A stretch of DNA of 64,000 bases from Naegleria gruberi (Eukaryota): the NCBI GenBank assembly GCA_000004985.1, contig GG738920.1; one strand, given 5' to 3'. Below, in pieces: positions 11,784 to 23,133 of the stretch (positions are counted from its first letter, which is position 1; each line of letters begins with the position of its first letter). Both the position numbers and the translations under genes were made by a program. A model generated the notes under the pieces. It worked only from the letters and a program-made list of their open reading frames with translations, was not told the origin of the DNA and made no database searches.

Positions 11784-12911
11784 ATGTCTGATAATCAAAC
11801 TACAAGTCAACTCAAAACTATTCCAAGCTACAAGTTGTTGGGATCAAGCGGATTGAGAGTTTCTCCAATTGCTTTGGGTACTGGTCACTTTGGCCACAAT
11901 GCTGTCTTCTCCACTTCAATGGTATGTTAATATTTCATTGAATTTGTTTTATTAGAAAGTTTATTCGAATAGGGTGTTGGATCCACAGACGAAGAAAATG
12001 AGAAAATCTTTTTAAGATACCTTCAAGCTGGTGGTAACTTCATCGATACTGCCAACTTGTATCAAGATGGTGAAAGTGAAAAACTCATTGGTCAACTCAT
12101 CAAGAAACACAACATTGACAGAAATGAACTTGTCATTGCCACCAAATATTCCTTTAGTGTCAATCAAAAACCAAACTCTGTTGGTAATCACAAGAAGAAT
12201 CTTGTCCAATCTGTCAATGCCTCGCTCGACCGTTTACAAACTGATTATGTTGACGTGTTGTACATTCACTATTGGGATTACACAGTTGACTCTCATCAAG
12301 TCATTAGAGCTTTGGATGATTTAGTCAAACAAGGTAAAGTCCTTCATATTGCCATTAGTAATACTCCTGCATGGGAAGTAGCTCGTGCCAATTCATATGC
12401 TGAATTTCATGCACTTTCTCCATTTGTTTCGTATACTGGTAACTATTCCCTTTCTGATCGTTCAATGGAGTTGGACATTATTCCAATGGCTCAAAAATTG
12501 AATATTGGAATTGTTCCATGGTCTGTATTGGGTGGTGGCAAATTGACAGGAAAACATCAAAGAGGTCAAGAAAAATCAAGACGTCCAGTTGTCAAATTTA
12601 CTGAAAAGGATTTTGACATTCAAGATGTTCTCTTGGAAATTGCTAAAGAAACAGGTAGAACTGCAAGTCAAATTGCTATCAATTGGGTACTCAACAAACC
12701 ATTTGTTTCAAGTACTTTGATTGGTCCTTCAACTTTGGAACAATTGGAAGATAACTTGAAGAGTTTGGAATTCAAGTTGACTGAAGAACAAATTGCTCGT
12801 TTGGATAAGGTTAGTGGTGATCAACTCACATCTGTATTTCCTTATAATTTTATTGGAAAGGAATTTAATAATAGTCCATTCTCTCCAAAGACTTTCACTA
12901 TTAATCAATAA
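11784..12911 (+). CDS. Aldo-keto reductase family oxidoreductase (2 exons; intron 11922..11972)
   Basis: Exon 1 MSDNQTT...GLRVSPIALGTGHFG ends before a GTATGT donor at 11922; acceptor ag at 11971-11972. Exon 2 continues GVGSTDEENEKIFLRYLQAGGNFIDTANLYQDGESEKLIG. AKR hallmarks are present (G-x-x-x-x-S/ALGT..FG, NFIDTA..Y..G.SE, later HIAISN). Confidence 0.75.
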
Positions 12912-12935
12912 ATTTTACAATAAAATGTTTGGATT

Positions 12936-14544
12936 TTACTTGTGGTACTGCTTTAAGAGTGCTATGATGTCTGATCTTCCTCGTTTTTGAGCTATTCTAA
13001 TGAGATCTGTTTCTAAATCAATGGTTGGAAAGGTCAGTAAAAGTCGAACGATTTCGGTAAACCCCTTTCCACAAGCAACTCCAATTGGTGTCTTTGGTAA
13101 TTCGGTAAATATTAACATATATTCGAATACTTACATGCTTTATATTCATTTGTTTAATAATTCCAATGAATTTCTACTTACTTCGTTTGGCTTTGAAATT
13201 GTTACAAAAATTGTAATCAGAGAAAAATGTAAACTTACACCATAGTTGATATCAACTCGTGGATCTTTAACTAGTAATCGAACAATTTCAATGTGTCCAT
13301 AATTACATGCTGCATATAAAGGAGCCTAAATTATTCATTTCCACATCTTACTGAACTTGTTAAATTTACTTACATCCTTATTGACATCAATTGAAGGCAT
13401 TTCCATGAGAATTTTAACAATTTCCAGGTGACCAAACATACAAGCTCGCGAAAGAGCAGACTGTTACTATTGTTATACACTCAATGTTTGAAAAACTCAC
13501 TTTCTATTCGAAAAGTTTAGTTTCGAAAAATCTGAGAGAAACTTACTCCCTTATTCAAACTAATTCCAGGAATTTCAAGTAACATTTTTACAATTTCCAA
13601 ATTACCAGTCTCACAAGCTCCATACAGTGCACTCTTCAACTTTTTTATCATTTCCCTCTTTTAAAAACTTACATACTATTACAATAGTTACAAAAAACTG
13701 GAATTTCACTTACATTCTGAAAGAGTTGGAAATTGAGATACGGATAAATTACTTACTCCATAATTGACTTCAACTCCTTTTGTGGAGAGTAATAGCTTGA
13801 CAATTTCAGTGCGTTCAGTTGAACACGCAGCAAATAGAGGTGACTTGTAATTGGTTAATTGGTTTCGAATATTGTTTCCACTTACAAACTTAATTAGTTC
13901 AGGATAAATTACATGTATTTAAGAAAATACTCACATTCTGTAATATTAATAGAAATCCCAACTCCTATAAAAACTTACTCCAAGCTGAAATAGACAAAAT
14001 GTCAAAAATCTCATTTCTAATAAAAAGGTAACTTACAGACTTTGAACTTTAGAAAGAAAAACTCAACTCAACCTACATGCTAATCAAACAGTTATGAAAT
14101 TCACCCATTCCCATTCAAACACTTACTCCCTTATTGACATCTATTTTTGGAATACTCAAAATATGTTTTACAATTTCAATTTTTCCGCAATGACAAGCTT
14201 CATATAATGGAGTCTTGTTTTTTCATTTGGAATTTGAGTTCTGATTGTGTTTGTCTTCAACTTACAAACTATTTTGTATGTAAATTTTCAAGATTGTTAT
14301 TCGAATCCTTACCATGAGCTAGATATGAGTTTCATTGGAAATTGAAATTATATTCGAAACAAACATTATTGGTTGTTGAACGAAACAACTTGATATCCTT
14401 TATGGATTGAACTTTTTTCAAGTCTCCATTTCCGATGGCATCAAACAAGGATATTTCCTCTTCCATTGGTTCTTCCTTCCTTTCGACATTTGACATTTTT
14501 TTATTGACTTTGAAATAAGCTAATTTTCTAAGGAGATAAACCAC
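12936..14544 (-). CDS. Ankyrin-repeat protein, multi-exon with roughly one ~100-nt exon per 33-aa repeat
   Basis: Minus-strand exons encode consecutive ANK consensus units: APLYAACNYGHIEIVRLLVKDPRVDINY (~13250-13330), SALSRACMFGHLEIVKILMEMPSIDVNKD (~13380-13460), SALYGACETGNLEIVKMLLEIPGISLNKG (~13560-13640), and more near 13740-13840 and 14100-14210. They are separated by ~50-60-nt introns. N-terminal exon 14332..14544, C-terminal exon 12936..13118. Confidence 0.65.
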
Positions 14545-14632
14545 TAATCATAACACATCACTAATATTTAATTTTCTTTATTTACAACAATTACTTTCGA
14601 ATATTTTACAATAAATCTGAACTATTCCTTAA

Positions 14633-16745
14633 CTATTCCTCATCAACAAGTGACTGATTAGAATCCAACGATGCCAGTGTAGTACTACTACTACCAAATC
14701 CCATCTGTTTCTCAGCCAACTTTCTATAAATTCCCTTCTCCAAACCAATCAACTCCTTGTGCGTTCCAGCTTCCTTCAATTCTCCCTTTGCCAACACATA
14801 AATCACATCACAATTCTGAACAGTTGACAAACGATGAGCAATGGAAACTGATGTTCTTCCTTTCATGAGAGTTTCAAGGGCTGCCTGAACTAGTGCTTCA
14901 GATTCAGTGTCGAGTGCTGAGGTTGCTTCATCTAAGAGGAGGATTTTTGGATTTTGTAAGAGAGCTCTTGCAATGGCAATACGTTGTTTTTGGCCACCTG
15001 AAAGGGAGACTCCCTTTTCACCCAGCATGGTGTCGTAGCCATTAGGGAGCTCGAGGATAAAGTTGTGGCAGTTGGCAGCTTTGGCAGCTTGTTCGATTTG
15101 ATCTTGAGTGACATTTTCAATTCCAATGGCATAGGCTAGGTTTTCTCTAATGTTCATTGCAAATAGAACAGGTTCTTGAGTTACAATGCCAACTATGTGA
15201 AAACAATATAGAACAAGACAAATGTCTAAAACTTACCATATTTGTGCAACCATTGAGGATCAATTTCCTTAATGTTAACTCCGTCAATGAAAATTTCACC
15301 TTCTTGTGGATCATAATATCTTTCCAATAAACCAACAATTGTGGATTTTCCTGAACCAGATGGACCAACCAAAGCAATCGATTGACCAACTCGGATATCA
15401 AGTGAGAAATCCTTAAGAACTGTCACATTTGGACGAGATGGATAATTAAATTTGACATTTCTGAATTCTATTTTACCAACTTGTTCACCCAATTGTTTTC
15501 CACCTTTGAATGGAATAGCCGGTTCTCTCTTAATAACTTTCAATAAGGCAGTNTGACTCATNTGAGCTTTTGACATATCTGGAAGCATGATTAAAGCTTG
15601 GGATAAACCAAAAATACTAAAAATGGTTAAAATTAAGAAATTGTTAAATAATAAACATACGCAAAAATTAATAAACCAAACACCTTGACCAAATCACCAA
15701 CTGTAATGACACCATCAGCTGCCAAATTACCACTTTAGGAAAATGTTAATTTCACAAAACTTAATAGAGTTACAACTTACCCATACCAAAGAGCCAATGC
15801 AATTGTTCCCCAGGAAATGATATTTTCACTTGAAATACTGACACCTTGAATACTTGCTCTGATAATTGCATACAAACGTAAACGTTTCAAAATATTGGCA
15901 AAGTTGACTTGTTCCTTTTCTTCACATCCCATGCTTTTCACAGTTTTGAATGAAGAAACAACTTCAGTGGCCTTTGCAGCACTCTTGGAAATGACAATAT
16001 TGGATTTTCCAGTAAGAATCTCAGTAAACTTTCCTAAAATGACTGTAATGATCAACATTAATGGAACAGTTGACATCATGACAAGAGACATTTGCCAACT
16101 ACTAATCAATGCAAGAATTAGACCAATTACAAACATTCCCAAATTGGACATGATCAATGAAAGTTTAGTAGTGTAAGCTTCTTGAATCTTGGCCACATCT
16201 TCACTCAATCCAATGGTCAATGCACCTGTTTGTTTCACATCAAAGAATCCGACATCTTGTCTTGTTAAGGCATTGAAATAGGCCTTTCTCAATGAAACTC
16301 CAATCAGCTCATTGGCCCAACTCAAAAAGAATTGAGCTATGAAACTTGCAGCCATACCACCAATGGCCACTCCAGTGAATTTTATAGAAATGAGAGAAAT
16401 GTCACTCTTAATCTTTTCAGTGGTTGGTAAATTGCCGTTCGAATCTGCTTGGAAAATGTTAATCAAATCACCAAATAGAAATTGAAACACCAAGAGAATG
16501 ACACCATTTCCTAGCGAACCAATAATTCCCAAGAAGAGAAAGACCCAACTCCATCCAAAGATTTTGTAAATTCTCAAATGGTCATAAAAGTGAATCTTTG
16601 GTTCTCTTTCATCTTTGAGTTCCATAGAAAAATCATTCTTCTTTTTCTTGAATGGATTTCTACTTTTACGTGGTTGTTGTTGTTCAGTATTTACAGCTTG
16701 TTCAACTACTGTCATTTTGTTTTGTTGTTTGATTACATTGTTCAA
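14633..16745 (-). CDS. ABC transporter, ABCB-type half transporter (TMD-NBD), about 4 exons
   Basis: TMD exon 15777..16745 (6 helices). Walker [10 protein letters not shown] (15226..15588 exon). ABC signature [16 protein letters not shown], Walker [13 protein letters not shown] and H-loop SIAHRLST (14633..15157 exon). Introns with GTAAGT/GTATGT donors at ~15730-15776, ~15606-15655 and ~15170-15225. Two ambiguous bases (n) at 15553 and 15563. Confidence 0.85.
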
Positions 16746-17103
16746 TACCCTGGTTGACTATTTATACCATTTTTGATTTGTCCATGGTCATGCCGCGCAC
16801 TTGGGTGTGAGCAGAAATTAAAGGAATGCAATAATGGACTTCGGCAATGAGATTCAAACTCCAAGGACATCCAAGGAGCAGTGTTGAGGAGTCGAGCATT
16901 TGAATACCGAAACCCAAGAGTTACAACCAAAATAGGTTAGCTAACCTATTCTACACTGCTTCTAAATGAAAATTGTTGGTAGTTAGATTGATGAACAATC
17001 CTTAATTGTGTAATGGTTTTAAAGAATTTTAAAATAAACAATAGTTGGCCATAAAAATAATAATAATTAACGTTAGGTTCATTAGGTTTGGCAATTTAAA
17101 AAA

Positions 17104-18597
17104 TTAGTGAATAAATGTTAGATGACTATTGTGCTGATTTAACAGGCTTTCAATCTTTTCGAAAACTTGAGAGAAGTGGAATGCTACTATACGGTATTTG
17201 GATTTGAGAGAGTTATACGCATGCAATTCCTTCCTCAGTAAATCGAGATAATTGATACCATTATTGGTGATAATTCCACTATCCACTTTCTGCAAATGGT
17301 ATTCAGCAGCATAAGAGACATGCAATAAAACTTCAAATGGTAAGAGTGAGAATCGAGGATGATCGAGAGATTGAGCAATGTAAAAAGCGCTCGCTTCAAT
17401 AGAGAGTTCAATAATTGAAGATTTGGTAGTTTTTTTTGATAAGAGAGCAATTCTTGAGCCATTCTCTGCTAACCTATAGTAGAGGTCACTAAGCTCTGGA
17501 TTTGTCTTGAATGGTGTATGTATTTTAGCTTGGGTGAGAATTAATTCGACCAGAGTCCAAACTTCCAAACAATTTTCTGAAGTAATTGGCTGTTTCAAAC
17601 ATGCATCCCAGCCAGCTGGCAAACTTGTACTATTAAATACAAATAAATCTGGAATAATATCAAGAAAATCTTCCACTGTCATTATTTGTTTCACATTTTG
17701 ATCTACCTTGAAAACAATCTTCTCCAAATAAAATATTGCCTTCTTGACATTCAGTTGATATTCATTGAGGGAGGCGTTAGGATTTTTAAATAAACTCTGC
17801 TTGAAAAAGAGTAAAATTCTAAAGTACAATTGTGCCTTATCAAGTCTCTCCTGTAAGAGTTCGTAAATGCACATGTGGAAATAGGCACCAGCAATATAGA
17901 AACTGGAATAATTAGCAAAAGAGTTAGAAAGATATCGTTTAGCAATACTGGCAGTCTCATCAGGTTGTTTTCCCTGTGTTATCTCACAAACAGTTTTGAT
18001 TGAATAGAACAAGGCAGCCATTTCATTCATGAATGGTGTATCAAACTCTCCCTCAACCAGAGCAGAAATCTCCACAAACTTTTCCAATTCACTCCTCGAT
18101 ACGATGGGATGAGCAAAACAAGCCACTTCGAAATAAAAATCAACTATTTGCAATCGTTCACTTCTACTATTTACAATTTGATTAGAATTATTACTTTCGG
18201 GACTGCTATTTGATGAAGATGACGAAGATTTAATTGTTTGTTGTTCGGGTGGTGTTGATAATGAAGCTGATGATGATTGTGGAGGCTTTTGAAAAGGAAA
18301 GGTAAACATTGGAAAGCCTTGTTGTTGTTGAAATTCTTCCTGATGATGATGAGGAGTTGGCACTACTTTCATAACAGTCATCATTTGATCCATTTCTTCA
18401 TTATTCCTCTTTTTCCTCTTACCAGAACCATAAATACACTCAACACCTCTCATGACACACGAATAACAACTTGGTTTTGTTTTGCTACATCGACGATGCT
18501 GGGACCTGCAGAACTGGCAGGAAATAGAAGAGACTTCTACTGGATTAAATTGTTGTTGTTGTTGTTGTTGCATTTTTTCTCTTACTATTAATAACAT
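17104..18597 (-). CDS. Zn(II)2Cys6 binuclear-cluster transcription factor (fungal Gal4-type), 497 aa
   Basis: N-terminal CQFCRSQHRRCSKTKPSCYSCVMRGVEC fits C-x2-C-x6-C-x6-C-x2-C-x6-C. It is followed by a basic KRKKR linker, a poly-Q start (MQQQQQQQ) and a long middle homology-like region. Confidence 0.75.
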   Translation of the reverse strand: MLLIVREKMQQQQQQQFNPVEVSSISCQFCRSQHRRCSKTKPSCYSCVMRGVECIYGSGKRKKRNNEEMDQMMTVMKVVPTPHHHQEEFQQQQGFPMFTFPFQKPPQSSSASLSTPPEQQTIKSSSSSSNSSPESNNSNQIVNSRSERLQIVDFYFEVACFAHPIVSRSELEKFVEISALVEGEFDTPFMNEMAALFYSIKTVCEITQGKQPDETASIAKRYLSNSFANYSSFYIAGAYFHMCIYELLQERLDKAQLYFRILLFFKQSLFKNPNASLNEYQLNVKKAIFYLEKIVFKVDQNVKQIMTVEDFLDIIPDLFVFNSTSLPAGWDACLKQPITSENCLEVWTLVELILTQAKIHTPFKTNPELSDLYYRLAENGSRIALLSKKTTKSSIIELSIEASAFYIAQSLDHPRFSLLPFEVLLHVSYAAEYHLQKVDSGIITNNGINYLDLLRKELHAYNSLKSKYRIVAFHFSQVFEKIESLLNQHNSHLTFIH

Positions 18598-18790
18598 AGT
18601 ATTAGTTACGCTTTTACTTACATCTTACTACGAACTACTAATAAGAGGACGATAAGGTTTTGATGATAAAATAAAATCTTCATTAAAAAATTAATCATCA
18701 CCCGAACCTATTTAATAATAAATATTTATTCATCCATGATGATTGATTCTTCAATTAAAAATGGACATGAAAAAGAAAAATTAAAAAAAA

Positions 18791-19585
18791 ATGAAAATCC
18801 TCGTCGGCTTGAAGCGTGTTATTGATTACAGTGTTTCCGTGAGAGTGAACAAGACTCTCACTGGCGTTGTTACTCAACAAGTTAAACATAGTATGAACCC
18901 ATTCGATGATATTGCTCTTGAAGAAGGTATCCGAATTAAAGAAAAATTCAATTCACCAAAATTAATTAGTGTTTCTATTGGTACCGATCAATGCCAAGAA
19001 ATTTTGAGACAAGCTTTGGCTAAAGGAAGTGATGAAGCCATCCACGTTAAAACAGATTTTGATAGCGGAGAAGTTCAACAATGGATTTCACCTTTACAAG
19101 TTGCTCACATTCTTCGTCGTATTGTTGAAGAAAATCAAATTGATTTAGTCTTGTTGGGTAAACAATCTATTGATAGTGATAATGGACAAGTTGCCCAATT
19201 ACTTGCCAGCATGCTTGGTACTCAACAAGCTACTTTCATCAGCAAATTAAAACCAACCAGTGAGGAAGGAAAGGAATTTGAAATTGAAAGAGAAATTGAT
19301 GGTGGACTTGAATCTCTTATGCTCAATGGTAAGCCATCTGTTATTAGTTGTGATTTGAGATTGAATGAACCTCGTTTTGCCAATTTGAAGGCCATCATTC
19401 AAGCCAAGAAGAAACCATTGACTACTCTCAACTATTCCGATCTTGTCAAAGGAACTGAATTCGAAGAATCTCAATTGGAATATGTTCAAATTACTGAACC
19501 AAAGGCCAAGACTGGATCATGCGTTTTTGTTGAAAATGCAGAACAATTAGTGGATAAATTGAAGAATGAAGCTAAAATTTTGTAA
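18791..19585 (+). CDS. ETFB: Electron transfer flavoprotein beta subunit
   Basis: MKILVGLKRVIDYSVSVRV N-terminus, DDIALEEGIRIKEK, and LLGKQSIDSDNGQVAQLLASMLGTQQATFISKL, the ETF-beta signature block. 264 aa is the typical size. Confidence 0.85.
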   Translation: MKILVGLKRVIDYSVSVRVNKTLTGVVTQQVKHSMNPFDDIALEEGIRIKEKFNSPKLISVSIGTDQCQEILRQALAKGSDEAIHVKTDFDSGEVQQWISPLQVAHILRRIVEENQIDLVLLGKQSIDSDNGQVAQLLASMLGTQQATFISKLKPTSEEGKEFEIEREIDGGLESLMLNGKPSVISCDLRLNEPRFANLKAIIQAKKKPLTTLNYSDLVKGTEFEESQLEYVQITEPKAKTGSCVFVENAEQLVDKLKNEAKIL

Positions 19586-19768
19586 AGAGGAGTTAATTTT
19601 GTATAAAAAAATGATGTTTAATGATTTGTAAAATTGAGTTGTTTTAATAGTATGTTTTATTAATATTTTTGCTTTTTGACAAACAATTAAAGCATCTTGT
19701 AATTATTCCTCAGTTCTTCCAGTTTTTTCAGTTTGGCGCCCAAAATGTAAATTAAAGCAAGAGAAAAA

Positions 19769-21304
19769 ATGTCCTCACATCGTCACCCTCTCGAACTCGA
19801 GGTTTTAACCTCCCTCAATCATTACCTCTCGAAGAAGAATAAGAATTTGGAATCTTGTCCTTTGGTTTTTGTTCCTCAAACTATTGTATATGAACATAAC
19901 TTTCCGACTGTTTGGTATCAACAAAATCCTGCTACAAAGGAATTTAAAAAGAAGAGTGGTAAGGAATTGGAAACAAAGGCTATCATGAATGAATTTACTA
20001 GAAATATCGTTGTACCAAGAAGTGGAACTGGAGCATCAGGAGATCAACAAGATCCTAACGCTGCAGCAACAACACAAACTCAAGCAACTCCTGCAGTTGA
20101 TCCAAATAATCCTGCAGCCTCTAATGAAAATGTTATGAATAATGATAATCATCACGGAATTGTTGCCCAATTCATTTCTCAAACTGAGGATGAAAAAACT
20201 GGTGAAATAATCAATAATGTTGAATTTTTGGATGTTGATAGTTTGGATGATTTCCTCTTCAAAAGAAAGAAGAGAGACAAGGGTATTTTACAACAATTTA
20301 TCACTCCAAAAGGTCCATACAACTTTGTTATTCAAGCCATCTGGTCTCCTCACGTAACCAAGATTGAGAGGCGTGTAAATATTCATAGAATTACTGATAG
20401 AAAGAATTACTCTCCATACGAAAGAGCAGTCACTTATGAAGGTCCAAGTCACTTTAGTAATGAAGTGTTTTGTGCTCCTCACTTGGAAAAGGAAATTAAG
20501 AGAGTTTGTTCTGCAATTGTTGACCACTTCTTTAGTGTTGAACACAAGAATATTACTAGAATGGTTTTGTACTTTAAGGTTGATCCAAAGAATAACTTGT
20601 ACTTGCTGTGGAGTAGCAGTATTAGAATTGGTAATCAAAAGAATGATAAGCCTATTGTGACTGTAAACAATGGAAACACTCTCACTCCTCCAAAGAGAGA
20701 ACCATTAAATCTCTCTCCAAAATTCAACTATAATCATTTCGATTCTCAAGAGGAAAAAGATGGATCAAAATCAAAGGATGATTATGGTGACGTTTTGGAC
20801 AAGATTGATAGTAAAAAGCCAAAGAAAGCCAAGTCCAGTAAGGTTGATACAACTCAATCATTAGCAATGACTGAAAATTCATTTGACTTCTCTACGAGAG
20901 ATGAATTTGATAATAATGATGGAAATAACGATTGTGACAGAGACGAAGAATTCCAAAAAATCAAACAAGATTTACAACAAGAGTTAGACGACTTGCTCTA
21001 TTTGGCTTACTCACACTTCCTTCACAATAGTGAAATTGAAGAACAAACTATGGAATTCCCATTCTTGATGCCACCAATTTTATTGAAGGCATTCGGTGAG
21101 GAAAGTACTTTGGTTCAACTTTTTTCGAATCGTGATCTCAACTTGACAAGAGACGAAAGAGAAGACGGTGTTTACATTCTTAGCCTCAAGCAAGCTTCAT
21201 CTATGAATAAGTTGCAACATGAATTCACAACTTTCAAGGAATATCTTATGGAATGTTTCGAAAGTGAAGGATATTACGAATCAAACTTCAAAGTTCAAGA
21301 ATAA
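19769..21304 (+). CDS. Hypothetical protein with probable ATP-grasp / tubulin-tyrosine-ligase-like core (511 aa)
   Basis: ILQQFITPKGPYNFVIQAIWSPHV ... ITRMVLYFKVDPKNNLYLLWSSSIRI resembles the TTL blocks LIQKYI..P.LI.GRKFDLR.YVLV and FDFMLDENLKPWLLEVNSSPS. Acidic C-terminal tail. Family assignment is tentative. Confidence 0.35.
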   Translation: MSSHRHPLELEVLTSLNHYLSKKNKNLESCPLVFVPQTIVYEHNFPTVWYQQNPATKEFKKKSGKELETKAIMNEFTRNIVVPRSGTGASGDQQDPNAAATTQTQATPAVDPNNPAASNENVMNNDNHHGIVAQFISQTEDEKTGEIINNVEFLDVDSLDDFLFKRKKRDKGILQQFITPKGPYNFVIQAIWSPHVTKIERRVNIHRITDRKNYSPYERAVTYEGPSHFSNEVFCAPHLEKEIKRVCSAIVDHFFSVEHKNITRMVLYFKVDPKNNLYLLWSSSIRIGNQKNDKPIVTVNNGNTLTPPKREPLNLSPKFNYNHFDSQEEKDGSKSKDDYGDVLDKIDSKKPKKAKSSKVDTTQSLAMTENSFDFSTRDEFDNNDGNNDCDRDEEFQKIKQDLQQELDDLLYLAYSHFLHNSEIEEQTMEFPFLMPPILLKAFGEESTLVQLFSNRDLNLTRDEREDGVYILSLKQASSMNKLQHEFTTFKEYLMECFESEGYYESNFKVQE

Positions 21305-21348
21305 ATTTAACAATTAAGTTTATTTAATTTATTACAGAACTAGGTGCA

Positions 21349-23019
21349 TTAAAGAGTGATATTTTTCATCTTCCATTGTCCATCAATAAACGAACCAAAA
21401 CTCTTAAAGTTAGCAAACGAAAAGTTACCATCAATATTTGAGCCAGCAAAGTTTTCAGAGGAGAAGGCAATCTTTCCATCTTTCCAATTCCAAACACCAG
21501 AGATAAATTTACCTTCTTTCCATTCTCCATCTAAACTAGAACCATCAGCTGCGAAAGTGTAAACACCTTTTCCAGTTTTATGGTCGTCCTTAAACTCTCC
21601 AACGTACATATCACCGTTGCTATACAAATAAATTCCTCTTTCACATTGTTTCTTGTCGTCCACATAGTCACCATAGAATCTATCTCCATTGTGATACAAC
21701 ATTCTTCCTTTTCCATTCTTCATATTTTTCTTCCAATCTCCTACATAGTAGCAGAGAGGAACATTTTCTGGATTGAAAGCTTCTTCATCACCTTCAGCAT
21801 TTCCATCATCTTCCTCGTCTTTTTCTTCTTGTTCTTTTTCTTTCTTTTCCCTCAATTGTTTCAAATAGTCACCTCTGTAAATATAGGCACCCATTCCCTC
21901 ACGAATGGTGTTGTCGAAAGTACCAATATATACATCGTCATTTGGATAGTATGCCGATCCGAAACCATGTCTGTATTTTACAATAATTGGTTTAGGTGGT
22001 TCGACAACCTTGACTTTCTTTGGCTTCTTCTCAACAGGTTCCTTAGGTTCATCGTCGTCATTATTTTCATTGTCATCTTCATTCTTTTCCTCAGAGTTTT
22101 CATCTGTGGTAGGGGGTTCTTCCTTAGGTTCTTCTTTTGGTGGTTCCTCTTCAACTACTGGTGGTATTTCAACAGGTATTTCAAATTCGGCTGTTTCTCC
22201 CTCATAAATACCATATTCTCCAATTTGCTTAATCAACTCTACGGTATACTTTTCAAATTTCTCAACAAGTCCCGAGGCAAAGTCTTTTTCTTCTTCTGGT
22301 TCTTCTTCTTCTTCAGTTGATTCTTTTGGTTCATTTTGCTTCTTTTCAAGAAGATGGAGTCTTCTTTTTTCTTTTTGCCATTCCTTGATTATTTCAAAAT
22401 CTTGCTCATTGACCAAATTGGCTACCTTCTTTGGTCCAAAAGCTCTCAATAAAAATTCAATAACAGGATACTTTCTATTCATTGTTGCCCAACTAACAAT
22501 TGAATATCCTTTAATAGGATGCTTCATTGAGATAAGTTCATGAGAGCTACTAGTACTGCCACCACTATCATCACCATCATCACCCCCATCTTCCTTTCTC
22601 TTTGCTTCCTTAAATATTTTGATCACTTCATTAACTTTGTTTTCATCAGCAAATTGGAAAACTGGAGGAATATTAATTACTACAACAAACAAACTTGGCC
22701 ATTCAATTGCCTCCACTTTTTTGACTGTAAGAGAAATTCTCCACTTATTTGTATCAAGTTTCCAGTCCAAAGAATTTGGATTTACAGCCTCATGAAGTGT
22801 ATCCTCCAATAATTTTTCTTCATCTTCTCCCGGTTTTCTTACAACAATTGACAATTTTTTCCCTACAATTGAAACATCAATATCCTCCTGTACCAAATCT
22901 TCAGGACTTGGTAGCTCAACTGTTATAGCATTCTTTGTTTGCTTAAACGTATAATTATGTTCTTGGGGTTCATCAGACATTTTTTTTGTATATTTTTGAA
23001 TGATGATATTTGGCGCCAA
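21349..23019 (-). CDS. CS/p23-like domain plus MORN-repeat protein with long acidic (E/D/K) linker, 556 aa
   Basis: C-terminal MORN units (YVGEFKDDHKTGKGVYTFADGS, YHNGDRFYGDYVDDKKQCERGIYLYSNGDMYVGEF). N-terminal beta-sandwich-like region (ITVELPSPEDLVQEDIDVSIVGKKLSIVV). Central EEEPPKEEPKEEPP low complexity. Confidence 0.6.
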   Translation of the reverse strand: MAPNIIIQKYTKKMSDEPQEHNYTFKQTKNAITVELPSPEDLVQEDIDVSIVGKKLSIVVRKPGEDEEKLLEDTLHEAVNPNSLDWKLDTNKWRISLTVKKVEAIEWPSLFVVVINIPPVFQFADENKVNEVIKIFKEAKRKEDGGDDGDDSGGSTSSSHELISMKHPIKGYSIVSWATMNRKYPVIEFLLRAFGPKKVANLVNEQDFEIIKEWQKEKRRLHLLEKKQNEPKESTEEEEEPEEEKDFASGLVEKFEKYTVELIKQIGEYGIYEGETAEFEIPVEIPPVVEEEPPKEEPKEEPPTTDENSEEKNEDDNENNDDDEPKEPVEKKPKKVKVVEPPKPIIVKYRHGFGSAYYPNDDVYIGTFDNTIREGMGAYIYRGDYLKQLREKKEKEQEEKDEEDDGNAEGDEEAFNPENVPLCYYVGDWKKNMKNGKGRMLYHNGDRFYGDYVDDKKQCERGIYLYSNGDMYVGEFKDDHKTGKGVYTFAADGSSLDGEWKEGKFISGVWNWKDGKIAFSSENFAGSNIDGNFSFANFKSFGSFIDGQWKMKNITL

Positions 23020-23133
23020 TTTTAAATCATCTACAATTTTAAACCTGCTAAACCATTTCCCGCCAAAAAAACAAGTTTAATAAGTTGGGGAAAAAGGAAC
23101 TTGATTATTAGATAAATATAAACTTTAAAAAAA

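Noticed and set aside
15553-15563. Two ambiguous bases (n) inside the ABC transporter exon, giving X residues
   Set aside because: Sequencing ambiguity, not biology; the surrounding frame is intact.
18545-18572. (TTG)n / (CAA)n microsatellite
   Set aside because: It is the coding poly-Q tract at the N-terminus of the Zn2Cys6 factor, not an independent repeat element.
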